DNA of 64,000 bases from an uncultured delta proteobacterium (lineage in GTDB: Bacteria; Myxococcota_A; Polyangia; Haliangiales; Haliangiaceae), in assembly GCA_963743525.1 (NCBI GenBank), contig CAVUQH010000004.1, positions 96,001 through 160,000 of the forward strand, given 5' to 3'. The translations under genes and the position numbers were made by a program. The notes under the pieces are model-generated. The model saw only the letters and a program-made list of their open reading frames with translations. It was not told the DNA's origin and searched no databases. Positions 34,165-43,557 of the stretch are shown one piece after another (positions within the stretch are counted from its first letter, which is position 1; each line of letters starts with the position of its first letter).

Positions 34165-34785
34165 CTACGCCGCCGGCGGCACCAGCGCGTAGAGCAACCG
34201 GCGGAGCAGCGGCGCCAGCAGCTCGCGCTCGACGTGTGGCGTCGGGTTGGCCAGCTCGCCGATCTCCAGGCCGGTCAGCACCGCCAGCACCAGCGCGGCG
34301 TCGGCCTCGGGGTGGGGTGAGCCCAGCGCGGTCATGCCGGCGGTGAAGTAGTCCATCGCCTTGCGCTCCCAGCGGCGGTGGATGTCGCGCAGCTCCGACT
34401 GCCGGCTGGCCTCCAGATGCATCTCGAACTCGGACAGGACCCGCGCCGGTTCGGTGCGCAGGTTCTCGGCCAGCGCGTGGGCCCAGCCGGCGGCGGCGAC
34501 CTCCGGCGACATGCGCGGGGGCAGGATCGCCATCGCCTCGTCGAGCGCACGCATCCTGTCGGCGGTCAGCTGGCGAAACGCCTCGAGCAGTAGATCCAGC
34601 TTCGACGCAAAGTAGTAGGTGGTCGCGGCCAGCGGCACGCCGGCGTGCTCGGCCACGGCGCGGTGGGTGACGGCACCGACGCCGTCGCGGGCGACCACCT
34701 CGATGGCGGCATCGAGGATCGACCGGCGGCGCGCCCGCCCCCGGTCGGTGCGCGGATCTGCGCGAGATTGCTTGCCGGTTCCCAT
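34165..34785 (-). CDS. TetR family transcriptional regulator
   Basis: RRRSILDAAIEVVARDGVGAVTHRAVAEHAGVPLAATTYYFASKLDLL; ATG 34785. Confidence 0.92.
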   Translation of the reverse strand: MGTGKQSRADPRTDRGRARRRSILDAAIEVVARDGVGAVTHRAVAEHAGVPLAATTYYFASKLDLLLEAFRQLTADRMRALDEAMAILPPRMSPEVAAAGWAHALAENLRTEPARVLSEFEMHLEASRQSELRDIHRRWERKAMDYFTAGMTALGSPHPEADAALVLAVLTGLEIGELANPTPHVERELLAPLLRRLLYALVPPAA

Positions 34786-34808
34786 CGCCGGCAGCAAGCC
34801 TCTCACAT

Positions 34809-34847
34809 CTGGTACAGCCGTACCACTTTCTGGTACAAACGTACCAG
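34809..34847. promoter_or_regulatory. Tandem palindromic operators, probably bound by the TetR protein
   Basis: TGGTAC-AGCC-GTACCA (34810-34825) and TGGTAC-AAAC-GTACCA (34831-34846), 21 bp apart, between the divergent genes. Confidence 0.8.
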
Positions 34848-34869
34848 TTGCCGTCGTCCGAGGAACCCC

Positions 34870-36036
34870 ATGCTCAAACCGATCGCGCTCACCATCCTGC
34901 TGCTCGGCGCCTGCGCTGCGCCCGCCGAAACGCCGCCCGACGCCAACCCCGGGTCGCCGGACTTCCCCGCGCCACCGGACGGCGAGGGAATCCAGCTGTA
35001 TGCGTCGGCGACCATCGCCCCCGGCCACGAGGAGATCGACTGCCGCTACGTGGTGCTGCCGGATAAGCCGCTGGAGATCGCCCGCTTCGAACACCACTAC
35101 ACCCCGGGCTCGCACCACATGCTGCTCTACCCCACCAGCCTGACCCCCGACCAGGTCAACGACGGCGTCACCTTCGACTGCACCGACCGCGGCGACCTGC
35201 ACCAGACCGGCGTCGCCTACGGCGGCGCCGAGCCCGACGGCGAGCTCGCCTACCCCGACGGAATTGGCATGCGCCTGCCCGCGCATTCGGTGATGTTGCT
35301 CGAGACCCACTACCTCAACGCCACCAACGAGCCGCTCGACGCCGAGCTGCGGATCAACCTGTGGTATGCGACCAGCCCGATCGAGGTCGAGGCCGGCACC
35401 CTGTTCTTCTACGACTGGCACATCCTGCTGCCACCGGCCCCGGGCACGGCGTCGGCGACCATGCGCTGTCACCTGCCGCAGGACATCAATCTGCTCTACG
35501 CGACCTCGCACATGCACCGCCGCGGCGTCGGCTTCGATTCGCAGCTCCTGCGCGACGGCGCCGATCCGATTCCGCTGCACCAGTCGGACGACTGGGCGGC
35601 ACCGACGCCGTCGGTCTTCTGGCCGCCGCTCCAGCTCGCCGCCGGCGACACCGTCGAGTTCCGCTGCGACTACCGCAACGACCTGCCCAACCCGGTGGTC
35701 GAGGGCGAGTCCGCCGACAGCAACGAGATGTGCATCTTCATCGGCGGCTACTGGCCCAAGATGCCGGCCGACGACGAGCTGTGCCTGGCCGACGGAGACG
35801 CACCGGTGCTGTCAGGCAGTCACACCTGCCAGCAGAGCGTCAATTGCATGCTCGACGCCGGCGTCGGCAACTGGGCCGGCGGCCAACAGTGCGTCGCCGA
35901 CACCTGCGCCGCCTCGGCCGACGCGCTGTCCCGCTTCGTGGTCTGCGTCAACCGATACGACTGCTGGGGCGATCAGAGCTGCGTCGCCTTCAACTGCTCG
36001 GACGCCTGGTCCGCCTGCGTTAACGCAGGCTGCTGA
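34870..36036 (+). CDS. Copper type II (PHM/DBH-like) monooxygenase lipoprotein
   Basis: Lipobox LLGAC; SHHMLLY and ETHYLN (CuH site); SHMH and EMC (CuM site); Cys-rich C-terminus. Confidence 0.8.
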   Translation: MLKPIALTILLLGACAAPAETPPDANPGSPDFPAPPDGEGIQLYASATIAPGHEEIDCRYVVLPDKPLEIARFEHHYTPGSHHMLLYPTSLTPDQVNDGVTFDCTDRGDLHQTGVAYGGAEPDGELAYPDGIGMRLPAHSVMLLETHYLNATNEPLDAELRINLWYATSPIEVEAGTLFFYDWHILLPPAPGTASATMRCHLPQDINLLYATSHMHRRGVGFDSQLLRDGADPIPLHQSDDWAAPTPSVFWPPLQLAAGDTVEFRCDYRNDLPNPVVEGESADSNEMCIFIGGYWPKMPADDELCLADGDAPVLSGSHTCQQSVNCMLDAGVGNWAGGQQCVADTCAASADALSRFVVCVNRYDCWGDQSCVAFNCSDAWSACVNAGC

Positions 36037-36042
36037 CGCAGG

Positions 36043-36261
36043 CTAGTCGTCGTGGCCATGGCCATGGTGGCGCTCGCCGTCGTGCTTGCGCGCACCCTTG
36101 CCCTTGCCCTTGTGCTTGCACTTGTGGCCATCCCAGTACTGGCTGGGATGACAGCGGTGCCTGACCTCGTGGCGGCTGTGACCCGGCCTGGTGTGTACGA
36201 TGCACCCGGCGAGGGTGGCGGCGAGGAAGGCGGCGGAAGCGATGGCTGCAAGTCGTCGCAT
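36043..36261 (-). CDS. Small His/Lys-rich lipoprotein
   Basis: MRRLAAIASAAFLAATLAGC followed by a His-rich mature peptide with a Cys pair (CHPSQYWDGHKC). Confidence 0.7.
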   Translation of the reverse strand: MRRLAAIASAAFLAATLAGCIVHTRPGHSRHEVRHRCHPSQYWDGHKCKHKGKGKGARKHDGERHHGHGHDD

Positions 36262-36431
36262 GACGTCAGGCTAACCGCAACACCCGCGCCAACTGAAGCC
36301 CGCGGGCCAACAGTCCGGAATCAGTAGCGCGTACACCGCCGCGCGGTAACAGCTCGGCTCTGGTGGAACCGCTCGGCTCCCCCAGCGATGTGCGCGCTAG
36401 GGCGTCGCGCACCTGCATCCACATACAGTCG

Positions 36432-36461
36432 TTGACACCTCTCCCGGTGCAGCCCTACCGT
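36432..36461 (+). promoter_or_regulatory. Putative sigma70-type promoter of the esterase gene
   Basis: TTGACA-N18-TACCGT, followed by GAGGGA and ATG 36487. Confidence 0.5.
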
Positions 36462-36486
36462 TGCGCACGCCGGGCCGAGGGAATCG

Positions 36487-37473
36487 ATGCGCAAACACGC
36501 ACTGCTTGCAATCACAGTCGCGCTGTCCGGCTGCGGAAGCGCCGATGCGCCCGGGACCAGCGCCAGCACCGATGCATCGACCGCGCCGGACGGAAACGCC
36601 GCCGCCATCGATGCCGCACCGACGCCGACCGCCCGCTGCGAAGGGCTGACCGTGCAGGACGCGGATCGCTTGTGGACCTTGTCGGTCGGCGACCGCGACC
36701 GGGCCTTCTGGGTGCACGTGCCGCCGTCGTACGATCCGAACGCCCCGACCCCGGTGGTCCTCGACTTCCACGGCTACTCGTCCAACGCCACGCAGCAGGC
36801 GCTGTGGTCGGGGATGAACACGGCCAGCGACGCGGACGGCTTCATCGCCGTCCACCCCGAGGGAATCGGCGTCACCCAGAGCTGGAACGCGGGTGCCTGT
36901 TGCGGCGAGGCGGCGGCCTCGGGGGTCGACGACGTCGCCTTCGTGTCGGCCATGCTCGACGCGCTGGCGCGCGAGCTGTGCGTCGATTCGGCCCGCGTCT
37001 TTGCCACCGGGATGTCCAACGGCGGCTTCCTGTCCCATCGGCTGGGCTGCGAGCTGTCGGATCGAATCGCCGCCATCGCGCCGGTCGCCGGCGTCATGGG
37101 CATCCCCAGCTGCACGCCGTCGCGCCCGGTGCCGGTCATGCACTTCCACGGCACCCTCGACACGCTGGTGCCGTTCGACGGCGACACCGCCAATGGCTTT
37201 CCCTCCGTGCAGGACACCATCGACGGCTGGGTGGCGCGCGACGGCTGCAGCGGCGATCCGGAGACGGTGTTCGACCAGGGCGACGCCCACTGTGACTCGT
37301 GGAACAACTGCGACCAGGGCTCCGAGGTGGTCTTGTGCGTGATCGACGGCGGCGGCCACACCTGGCCGGGTGGCGTTCCCGTGCCGTCGCTGGGCAAGAC
37401 CTCCACCGACATCTCCGCGACCGACGCCGCGTGGCAGTTCTTCACCCGCCACCCGATGCCCGAAAGCCGCTGA
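36487..37473 (+). CDS. LpqC/PHB-depolymerase-family esterase lipoprotein
   Basis: Lipobox LSGC; PVVLDFHG, WNAGACCG, GMSNGG, HGTLDTLVP, GGGHTWPG. Confidence 0.9.
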   Translation: MRKHALLAITVALSGCGSADAPGTSASTDASTAPDGNAAAIDAAPTPTARCEGLTVQDADRLWTLSVGDRDRAFWVHVPPSYDPNAPTPVVLDFHGYSSNATQQALWSGMNTASDADGFIAVHPEGIGVTQSWNAGACCGEAAASGVDDVAFVSAMLDALARELCVDSARVFATGMSNGGFLSHRLGCELSDRIAAIAPVAGVMGIPSCTPSRPVPVMHFHGTLDTLVPFDGDTANGFPSVQDTIDGWVARDGCSGDPETVFDQGDAHCDSWNNCDQGSEVVLCVIDGGGHTWPGGVPVPSLGKTSTDISATDAAWQFFTRHPMPESR

Positions 37474-37512
37474 AGGCAAACGTCGATCGGCGTGATATCC
37501 TCTCGGTCTGTC

Positions 37513-38454
37513 GTGACGAGGATCGCCATCACACTGTCAATGCTGCTCGCAGTCGGCTGTGGGCACGACCTGGGCAGCGGCAACGACTCGCGGGACGGCG
37601 GCGGCGGCGGCACCGATGGCGGTGGCGGCGGCGGTGGCGCAGACGCCCACGACTCGGCGCCGCAGTACGCAGAGCTGTGGTACTCGGCCGACACCTACCT
37701 GGTGTACATCCCGCTCGACGTCGCCACCGGCGCGGCCAAGCCGTTCGTTCCCAGCACGATCATCGGCGATTTGCCGCTGGGCCAGAACGCCATCACCATG
37801 ATGGACGACGGCTCACTGATCGGCGCCCGCCTGAGCCAGGCCGACAACCAGACCTACTTCTACCGCATCGCCAATCCGCCGCGGGACGGCAGCGCGGTAA
37901 CGCCGGTGCCGCTCGGCGTGATGCCCGACGGCATCATGCTCGAGGGACTGTACACCGACTGTGATGGCCGGCTGTACGGCATGGATACCGGGGTCAACGA
38001 CAGCAGCGCCGACGGCAACCGGTTGATCCGCTTCACCGGCAACGTCCTCGCCGGCGACTTCTCGTACATCGTCATCAGCGACCTGGCCACCGCCGACGTC
38101 GCCGACATCGACGACATGGGTCCGGGCATCGACAACAACGAGATCACCGACAACCCGGGGCTGGCCATCGACACCGGCACCGTCTACAACTTCAACTACG
38201 AGACCGGCTCGGGCACGATGGCCGGCACCGGTGGCACCTGGGGCATCCACGCGCTGGGCAAGGATCTGTTCACCGACCAGGTCGCCCGTCTCTACGTGCT
38301 GACCAAAGACGCCGAGCTGTACGAGATGGATCCGACGACCTATCAACTGTCGGGCATCCTCGGCACCGGCCCGACGACCGCGCAGGGCAACGCCGGCTGG
38401 TCGGGTCTGGCCGGGCCGCTCACCGACTGCGACAGCGGCTTCACCATCCCGTAG
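37513..38454 (+). CDS. Hypothetical lipoprotein (possible beta-propeller)
   Basis: Lipobox AVGC, Gly-rich linker, acidic beta-rich domain ending GWSGLAGPLTDC. Start GTG 37513 or 37492. Confidence 0.7.
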   Translation: MTRIAITLSMLLAVGCGHDLGSGNDSRDGGGGGTDGGGGGGGADAHDSAPQYAELWYSADTYLVYIPLDVATGAAKPFVPSTIIGDLPLGQNAITMMDDGSLIGARLSQADNQTYFYRIANPPRDGSAVTPVPLGVMPDGIMLEGLYTDCDGRLYGMDTGVNDSSADGNRLIRFTGNVLAGDFSYIVISDLATADVADIDDMGPGIDNNEITDNPGLAIDTGTVYNFNYETGSGTMAGTGGTWGIHALGKDLFTDQVARLYVLTKDAELYEMDPTTYQLSGILGTGPTTAQGNAGWSGLAGPLTDCDSGFTIP

Positions 38455-38571
38455 CGCCTGGACTCGTTCGTGCCCTGGCCTGCAGGTCCACCGCCGTCGT
38501 CGCGGCCGCTGGCGACGACCGGCTTGTGACCCGGCGCCGGTGCTGCGTACGATGGATCGACGGGTTCATCG

Positions 38572-39930
38572 ATGACTGACGTCCTCACCGCCCTCGACAA
38601 TCTCTACCTGCAGCTCGAAACCGCGACGACGCCGATGCACGTCGGCGGACTGCTGGTGTTCGACGGCAACGGTGCCGGTCCGGAGGAGCAACTCGAGACG
38701 ATGATGGCAGCCCCGGTCGGCGCCGAGCCGTTCGACCGCCGGCTCGCCCGCGGGCGCCTGGGGCTGCCGCGGTGGGAACAGGTCCCGCAGGTCAACCTGG
38801 CCGAGCACGTGACCGTCCACGACGTGCCCGGACCGGGTGACGACGAGCAGCTGATGACCCTGGTGTCGGAGCTGCACACGATTCCCATCTCGCGCGACCG
38901 GCCGCTGTGGGAGTGCCGGCTGATCCGTGGGCTGTCGAACGACCGCTTCGCCCTGTTCTTCAAGATCCATCACTCCTGTCTCGACGGCGTCGCCGGCATC
39001 CGCCGGATCCAGCGAGCGCTCAGCGCGCGCGCTGACGAACGGACGCCGCCGGTGTGGGCGGTCGAGCAGCGCCGCGAACCGCGCCCGACCCCGTCGAGCC
39101 CACCGCCGTCGATCCTGCGTGCGCTGCGCGGCAAGGCGCTGATGGTGCCGGAGCTGGCGCGGGCCATGGCCAGCGTCGGGCTCGGCGCTGCCCGTCGCGA
39201 CCACCACCGCTCCGCGCCGCCCTACCTCTGTCCCAACACGCCGCTCAACCCGATGGTCAGCGGCGAGCGCAGCGTCGCCTGGCACAGCCTGCCGCTGTCC
39301 GGTGTGAAGGCGATCGGCGCCGCCGCCAACGCCACCGTCAACGACGTGGCGCTGGCGATCTGCTCGACGGTGGTGCGCGAGCGGTTGATCGAGATGAACG
39401 CCCTGCCCGACCGGCCGCTGGTCGCCATGGTGCCGTTCTCGCTCCACCGCGAAGGCTCGGCCGGGGGCAACGAGACCAGCTGCATCCTGTGCAACCTGGC
39501 CACCCACGAGGACGACCCGGTCCAGCGGCTGCAGATCATCAGCGCCTCGGCCGCCGACGGCAAGAAGATGCTCCGCGCCATGTCGCCGGACGCCGCAGCC
39601 ACCTACTGGATGGCCATCGGCTTGCCGGCGATCGCCGCGCAGATGGCCGGCCTGTCGGCCCATGCCCCGCTGCCGTTCAACGTCGTCGTGTCCAATGTGC
39701 CCGGCCCGAGCGAGTCGCTCTATCACAACGGCGCCCAGCTGCAGGCGATCTACCCGGCATCGCTGCTGTTCGAGCGCCAGGCGCTCAACATCACGCTGAT
39801 CAGCTACCGCGATCGCATCGACTTCGGCCTGCTGGCCTGCCGCCGGACCATCCCCGACCTGCCGCACATGGCCCGGCGCATCGGCGCCGCCTACGACCAA
39901 CTGGCCGCCGCGCTGCTGCCCGGCGGCTAG
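38572..39930 (+). CDS. Wax ester synthase/diacylglycerol acyltransferase (WS/DGAT)
   Basis: ETATTPMHVGGL, RDRPLWE, KIHHSCLDG, TVNDV, NVVVSNVPGP. Confidence 0.93.
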   Translation: MTDVLTALDNLYLQLETATTPMHVGGLLVFDGNGAGPEEQLETMMAAPVGAEPFDRRLARGRLGLPRWEQVPQVNLAEHVTVHDVPGPGDDEQLMTLVSELHTIPISRDRPLWECRLIRGLSNDRFALFFKIHHSCLDGVAGIRRIQRALSARADERTPPVWAVEQRREPRPTPSSPPPSILRALRGKALMVPELARAMASVGLGAARRDHHRSAPPYLCPNTPLNPMVSGERSVAWHSLPLSGVKAIGAAANATVNDVALAICSTVVRERLIEMNALPDRPLVAMVPFSLHREGSAGGNETSCILCNLATHEDDPVQRLQIISASAADGKKMLRAMSPDAAATYWMAIGLPAIAAQMAGLSAHAPLPFNVVVSNVPGPSESLYHNGAQLQAIYPASLLFERQALNITLISYRDRIDFGLLACRRTIPDLPHMARRIGAAYDQLAAALLPGG

Positions 39931-39952
39931 CGCGCGGAGTATGCTACGGCCC

Positions 39953-40630
39953 ATGGCCGACCAGGCGAGGGCCGCACATCCGACCCGCATGTTCTGGCAC
40001 CCGGGGTACGCGATCGGCAGGCTGCTCTGGTGCGTGGCGGCCGGCGTGGCGGTGATGCTGCCGATCCCGCACCGTTTTGCCTGGCGGGTCCGCTCGGTCG
40101 CCGGCTGGGACGTCTGCGTGCTGCTGCTGTTGTCGATCGACTGGTGGCGGATCCTCCGCGCCACGCCGCAGATCACCGCCCGGCGCGCCGCCTCCGAAGA
40201 CGTCGGCCGCTTCTTCGTCTGGATCATCACCATGGGCGCCGGGTTGTTCAGCCTGTTCTCGGCGGTCATCGTGCTCAAGCGATCGCAGGCATTCCCGCCG
40301 CTCGAGCAGGAAGTGTGGAGCATCCTGGCGCTGCTGGGCGTACTGCTGGCCTGGGGTCTCACCCACACCGCATACGCGCTGCGCTATGCCCACCTGCACT
40401 ACGGCTCGGCGCACATCGGCGGCTTCGACTTCAAAGGCGACGATCCGCCCGCCGAGGTCGACTTCGCCTACCTGGCGTTCACCATCGGCATGACCTTCGC
40501 GGTCTCCGACGTCAACGTGACCTGCACCCGAACCCGCCGCGCGGTGCTGTTCCACTCGGTGGTCGCGTTCATCTACAACATGACCATCCTGGCCCTGGCG
40601 ATCCAGTTGGCCTTCGACTGGCTGGGGTGA
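39953..40630 (+). CDS. DUF1345 family membrane protein
   Basis: HTAYALRYAHLHY, DFAYLAFTIGMTFAVSDV, RRAVLFHSVVAFIYN. Confidence 0.88.
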   Translation: MADQARAAHPTRMFWHPGYAIGRLLWCVAAGVAVMLPIPHRFAWRVRSVAGWDVCVLLLLSIDWWRILRATPQITARRAASEDVGRFFVWIITMGAGLFSLFSAVIVLKRSQAFPPLEQEVWSILALLGVLLAWGLTHTAYALRYAHLHYGSAHIGGFDFKGDDPPAEVDFAYLAFTIGMTFAVSDVNVTCTRTRRAVLFHSVVAFIYNMTILALAIQLAFDWLG

Positions 40631-40634
40631 GCCG

Positions 40635-42356
40635 ATGGTGTCGCGCGCGGCCCTGCTCTTCCTGTCACTCCTGCCAATCGTCGGTGGCTGCAAGAAGTTG
40701 ACGGCCGGGCGCTGCGTGCAGCCGTCGATCACCATCGACGCCGACTATCCGGGCGCCTCTCCCCAACAGGTCGAGGCGACGGTGGTCAGGTCACTGGAGG
40801 CAGCGGTCGCCCCGGTGTCGCGACACATCGCCGCGGTCGCGCTGCCGGGCCACGCGCGGCTGGCGATCGTTCCCGCGGGAGACGGCGGGGTGGCGGCCCG
40901 ACAGGCGATCGTCGCGCGTCTGGCAGCGGCTCGCGACAGGCTGCCCGCCGACGTCGATCCGCCGGTGGTCACAACGATCGATCCAGCCGCGCCGACCGAG
41001 CTCTTGGCCGTGCGCGGCGCGGACCCAGCCGCCCTGACCTGGGTGGCGGATGCGTTTCGCAGCCGACTGCTCACCCGCCCGGGCGTGCAGCGCGTCACCC
41101 TGATCAACCCGTCGCGACGCGAGCTGCACATCGAGGTCGACCCGCGACGCCTGGACGCGTTCGGGCTGACGCTGGAAGAAGTCGCCACCCGCATCCAGTC
41201 GGCCAACGTCAACCTGCCGTCGGGCTCGATCACGGCCGGGGCGCGCCAGGTCGTCGTTCGCACGCGCGGCGCTTCGCCAGACGACCTCGGTGAGATTCCG
41301 ATCGCCGAGCACGCCAGCGTCCCCGTCTACCTGCACGACCTGGCCCAGGTGGAGGAGCGGCTCACCAACGACGCTCGCGTGCGCATCGACGGCCTGCCCG
41401 CCGTGCTGGTCGAGGTCGTGGGCCCGACCAAGACCGTCCTCGCCGAGGTCGCCGCGTTCGATCTCCCGGCACGGATCGAGATCGCACCACTGGGCGGGTT
41501 GCGACCACCGCCGTGCGACGGACCGCTGATTTCCGAGCAGGTTCCCGCACGCGCCCGGCTCGAGCTACATCTGCAGCTTCCGGACGGCTCGACCCTCGAC
41601 ACCGCCGAGGAGGCGCTCCACCAGATCGAGCGGCAGCTCGAACCGATGCTGCCCGCCGGCGCCACCGTGCTGTCCATCGTCGGAGCCACGGCGGGCTCGG
41701 CGGGCGATGGGCCCAACCGCGCAGCCGTCTTCGTCCTCGCCGATCGGCCGCTCGCGGCTACCTTCCTGCGAGCTGCCGCGGCCGCAACCGTGCCCGGTGC
41801 GTCGCTGTCGGTCGGCGGCGATGGTCGCCGCAGCGCGCTGGTGCGCCTCCGGCATCCCGACCTCGAGGTGCTGCGCGCGGCCGCCGGCGACCTGGCCAGG
41901 ACGCTCGAGGCGAGCCCCGGCGTCACCGCGATGACAACCCCGGTCCACGTGGACCTGACGGTGAAGCTGTCGCAGCGCGGCCGCGAGCTCGGCGTCACCC
42001 AGGCCGCGCTGGCCACAGCACTGCGCGCGCGGAACGGTGGCATCGACGTGGGCCGCTTGCTCCACGACGGCGACCGCGAACAGCTGCTCCTGACCACCGG
42101 CCGCGCGACCCAGGACGTCGCCGAGCTGGCCGGCATCCCCGTGCCCACCGCCGGCGGCGATCCCGTGCCCCTGGGCCAGGTGGCCACTCTCGAACAGGTC
42201 GCGGGCCCCGGCCAGATCGAGCGACGCGACCAACAACGCGTCACCTATGTGCAGGTGCGGGCGGACCGGGCAATCGATCTGGGGCAGCTCGTCGCCCGTG
42301 CCGCAGGCAAGCTCCGCGCGAGTACCAGGGATCTCCTGGTCGAGCCCCTGCGCTAA
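40635..42356 (+). CDS. Lipoprotein made of AcrB/RND-type periplasmic porter and docking domains without a TM domain
   Basis: Lipobox VGGC; YPGASPQQVE, IEVDPRRLDAFGLT, NVNLPSG (N-half); LQLPDGSTL, VPLGQVA, GPGQIERRD (C-half); no hydrophobic helices after the signal peptide. Confidence 0.75.
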   Translation: MVSRAALLFLSLLPIVGGCKKLTAGRCVQPSITIDADYPGASPQQVEATVVRSLEAAVAPVSRHIAAVALPGHARLAIVPAGDGGVAARQAIVARLAAARDRLPADVDPPVVTTIDPAAPTELLAVRGADPAALTWVADAFRSRLLTRPGVQRVTLINPSRRELHIEVDPRRLDAFGLTLEEVATRIQSANVNLPSGSITAGARQVVVRTRGASPDDLGEIPIAEHASVPVYLHDLAQVEERLTNDARVRIDGLPAVLVEVVGPTKTVLAEVAAFDLPARIEIAPLGGLRPPPCDGPLISEQVPARARLELHLQLPDGSTLDTAEEALHQIERQLEPMLPAGATVLSIVGATAGSAGDGPNRAAVFVLADRPLAATFLRAAAAATVPGASLSVGGDGRRSALVRLRHPDLEVLRAAAGDLARTLEASPGVTAMTTPVHVDLTVKLSQRGRELGVTQAALATALRARNGGIDVGRLLHDGDREQLLLTTGRATQDVAELAGIPVPTAGGDPVPLGQVATLEQVAGPGQIERRDQQRVTYVQVRADRAIDLGQLVARAAGKLRASTRDLLVEPLR

Positions 42357-42501
42357 TCCCGGCCCTCGGGACGGAGAAATACCGTGGTTTCCCCGCCTGA
42401 TGGCCCCACGTACCGAATTTCATAGCGTTTCGTGGGACCCGGTGGTACACGCAAAGCTCTGGGGGCATCGGAGCCCCGCAATTGGAACGGAAAGAAGAGA
42501 C

Positions 42502-42807
42502 ATGTCGAAAAAGCTTTTTGTGGGCGGCCTGAGCTGGGACACCAGTGACGCGAGCCTGAATGCCGCCTTCGAGCGCTTCGGTCCCGTGGTCGAGGCCAAG
42601 GTCATCACCGATCGGGACACGGGCCGGTCGCGCGGGTTTGGTTTCGTCACGTTCGAAGCCCCGGCGGACGCCGACACCGCGATGGAGCAGATGGACGGCC
42701 AGGAGCTGGACGGACGCCGCGTGCGCGTCAACGTTGCCGAGGACAAGCGCGGCGGCGGTGGCGGTCGCGGTGGTCGCGGCGGCGGCGGCGGCGGCGGACG
42801 CTGGTAA
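42502..42807 (+). CDS. RRM RNA-binding protein with Gly-rich tail
   Basis: RNP2 LFVGGL and RNP1 RGFGFVTF; RGG-rich C-terminus. Confidence 0.95.
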   Translation: MSKKLFVGGLSWDTSDASLNAAFERFGPVVEAKVITDRDTGRSRGFGFVTFEAPADADTAMEQMDGQELDGRRVRVNVAEDKRGGGGGRGGRGGGGGGGRW

Positions 42808-42829
42808 GCCCACGACCCAACCGCAATTC

Positions 42830-42866
42830 ACGGCGAGAGTGTTTGGCACTCTCGCCGTTTTCTTTT
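42830..42866 (+). terminator. Rho-independent terminator
   Basis: ACGGCGAGAGTG-TTTGG-CACTCTCGCCGT followed by TTTCTTTT. Confidence 0.88.
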
Positions 42867-42940
42867 CGGCTGCGCACGGACTGCGCGCTACTGACACAGA
42901 TCGCGCCGGGCGCCAACGCCAACTAGCGATTTTTCCGACG

Positions 42941-42956
42941 TGGCATGGCGGATGCA
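42941..42956 (+). promoter_or_regulatory. sigma54 -24/-12 motif upstream of the DUF2267-like gene
   Basis: TGGCATGGCGGATGCA; the -12 C is 15 nt from ATG 42970. Confidence 0.6.
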
Positions 42957-42969
42957 CGATCTGACCAGC

Positions 42970-43557
42970 ATGTTGCTCGACCGAGAATTGGACAGGAATC
43001 GCCTCGTCAGCCGAGTCGGCGCACTCACCGGGCTCACCGACCGCGAGCACATCGAACGCGCCATCGAGGCCACCATGGAGGTGCTGGCCGAGTACCGGCT
43101 GGCATCCGACTACGATCCCGAGCGCTTCTATCACCAGATCAGCGAGCGGGAGGGCACGTCACTCGGCTTCGCCATGGAGCACGCCCAGGTGGTGTTGCAG
43201 GTGATCGCCGAGATGATGGGAGAAGAGGATCGGCAGCGGTTGGTCCGCCACCTTCCGGACGAGATGGAGTCGCTGCTGCGGCCACCGGTGCGCGAGCCGG
43301 GGCTACCACCGCGTGGTCACGCGGGCGGCGGCCACACCCTGGCGACCGCCCGGCCGGGAAGCCGGCATCCCCTGGCCGACGCGCGGGCCGCGCGCGCACA
43401 GAGCCAGTCGATCGCCAGCACCGACGCGCCGCACGGCGACACCAACGTGGCCACCACCCACGGGATCCAGAAAGCCCCGTCGCTGGCCAGCGGCAAGCCG
43501 GGCAGCGAACGACCACTGGTTGACGTGCAGGAAGAGGGAGGCCGGTCGCGTCAGTGA
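42970..43557 (+). CDS. DUF2267-like protein
   Basis: Two helical repeats (ERAIEATMEVLAE; FYHQISEREG...HAQVVLQVIAE...LVRHLPDEMESL) and a disordered tail with repeated TLATARPGSRHPL/SLASGKPGSERPL. Confidence 0.65.
   Translation: MLLDRELDRNRLVSRVGALTGLTDREHIERAIEATMEVLAEYRLASDYDPERFYHQISEREGTSLGFAMEHAQVVLQVIAEMMGEEDRQRLVRHLPDEMESLLRPPVREPGLPPRGHAGGGHTLATARPGSRHPLADARAARAQSQSIASTDAPHGDTNVATTHGIQKAPSLASGKPGSERPLVDVQEEGGRSRQ

Noticed and set aside
38532..38553. GG-N10-GC motif upstream of WS/DGAT
   Set aside because: Poor match to the sigma54 consensus and better explained by an overlapping TTGTGA-N18-TACGAT sigma70-type promoter.
42440..42480. ACGCAAAGC plus hairpin upstream of the RRM gene, reminiscent of a c-di-GMP-I riboswitch
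   Set aside because: The upstream GGCAAAC/GAAA-tetraloop stem and the rest of the consensus are missing; an Infernal/Rfam scan would be needed to revive it.
37595..42800. GGC trinucleotide runs at ~37600 and ~42750-42800
   Set aside because: They encode Gly-rich linkers or tails within genes and are not independent repeat elements.
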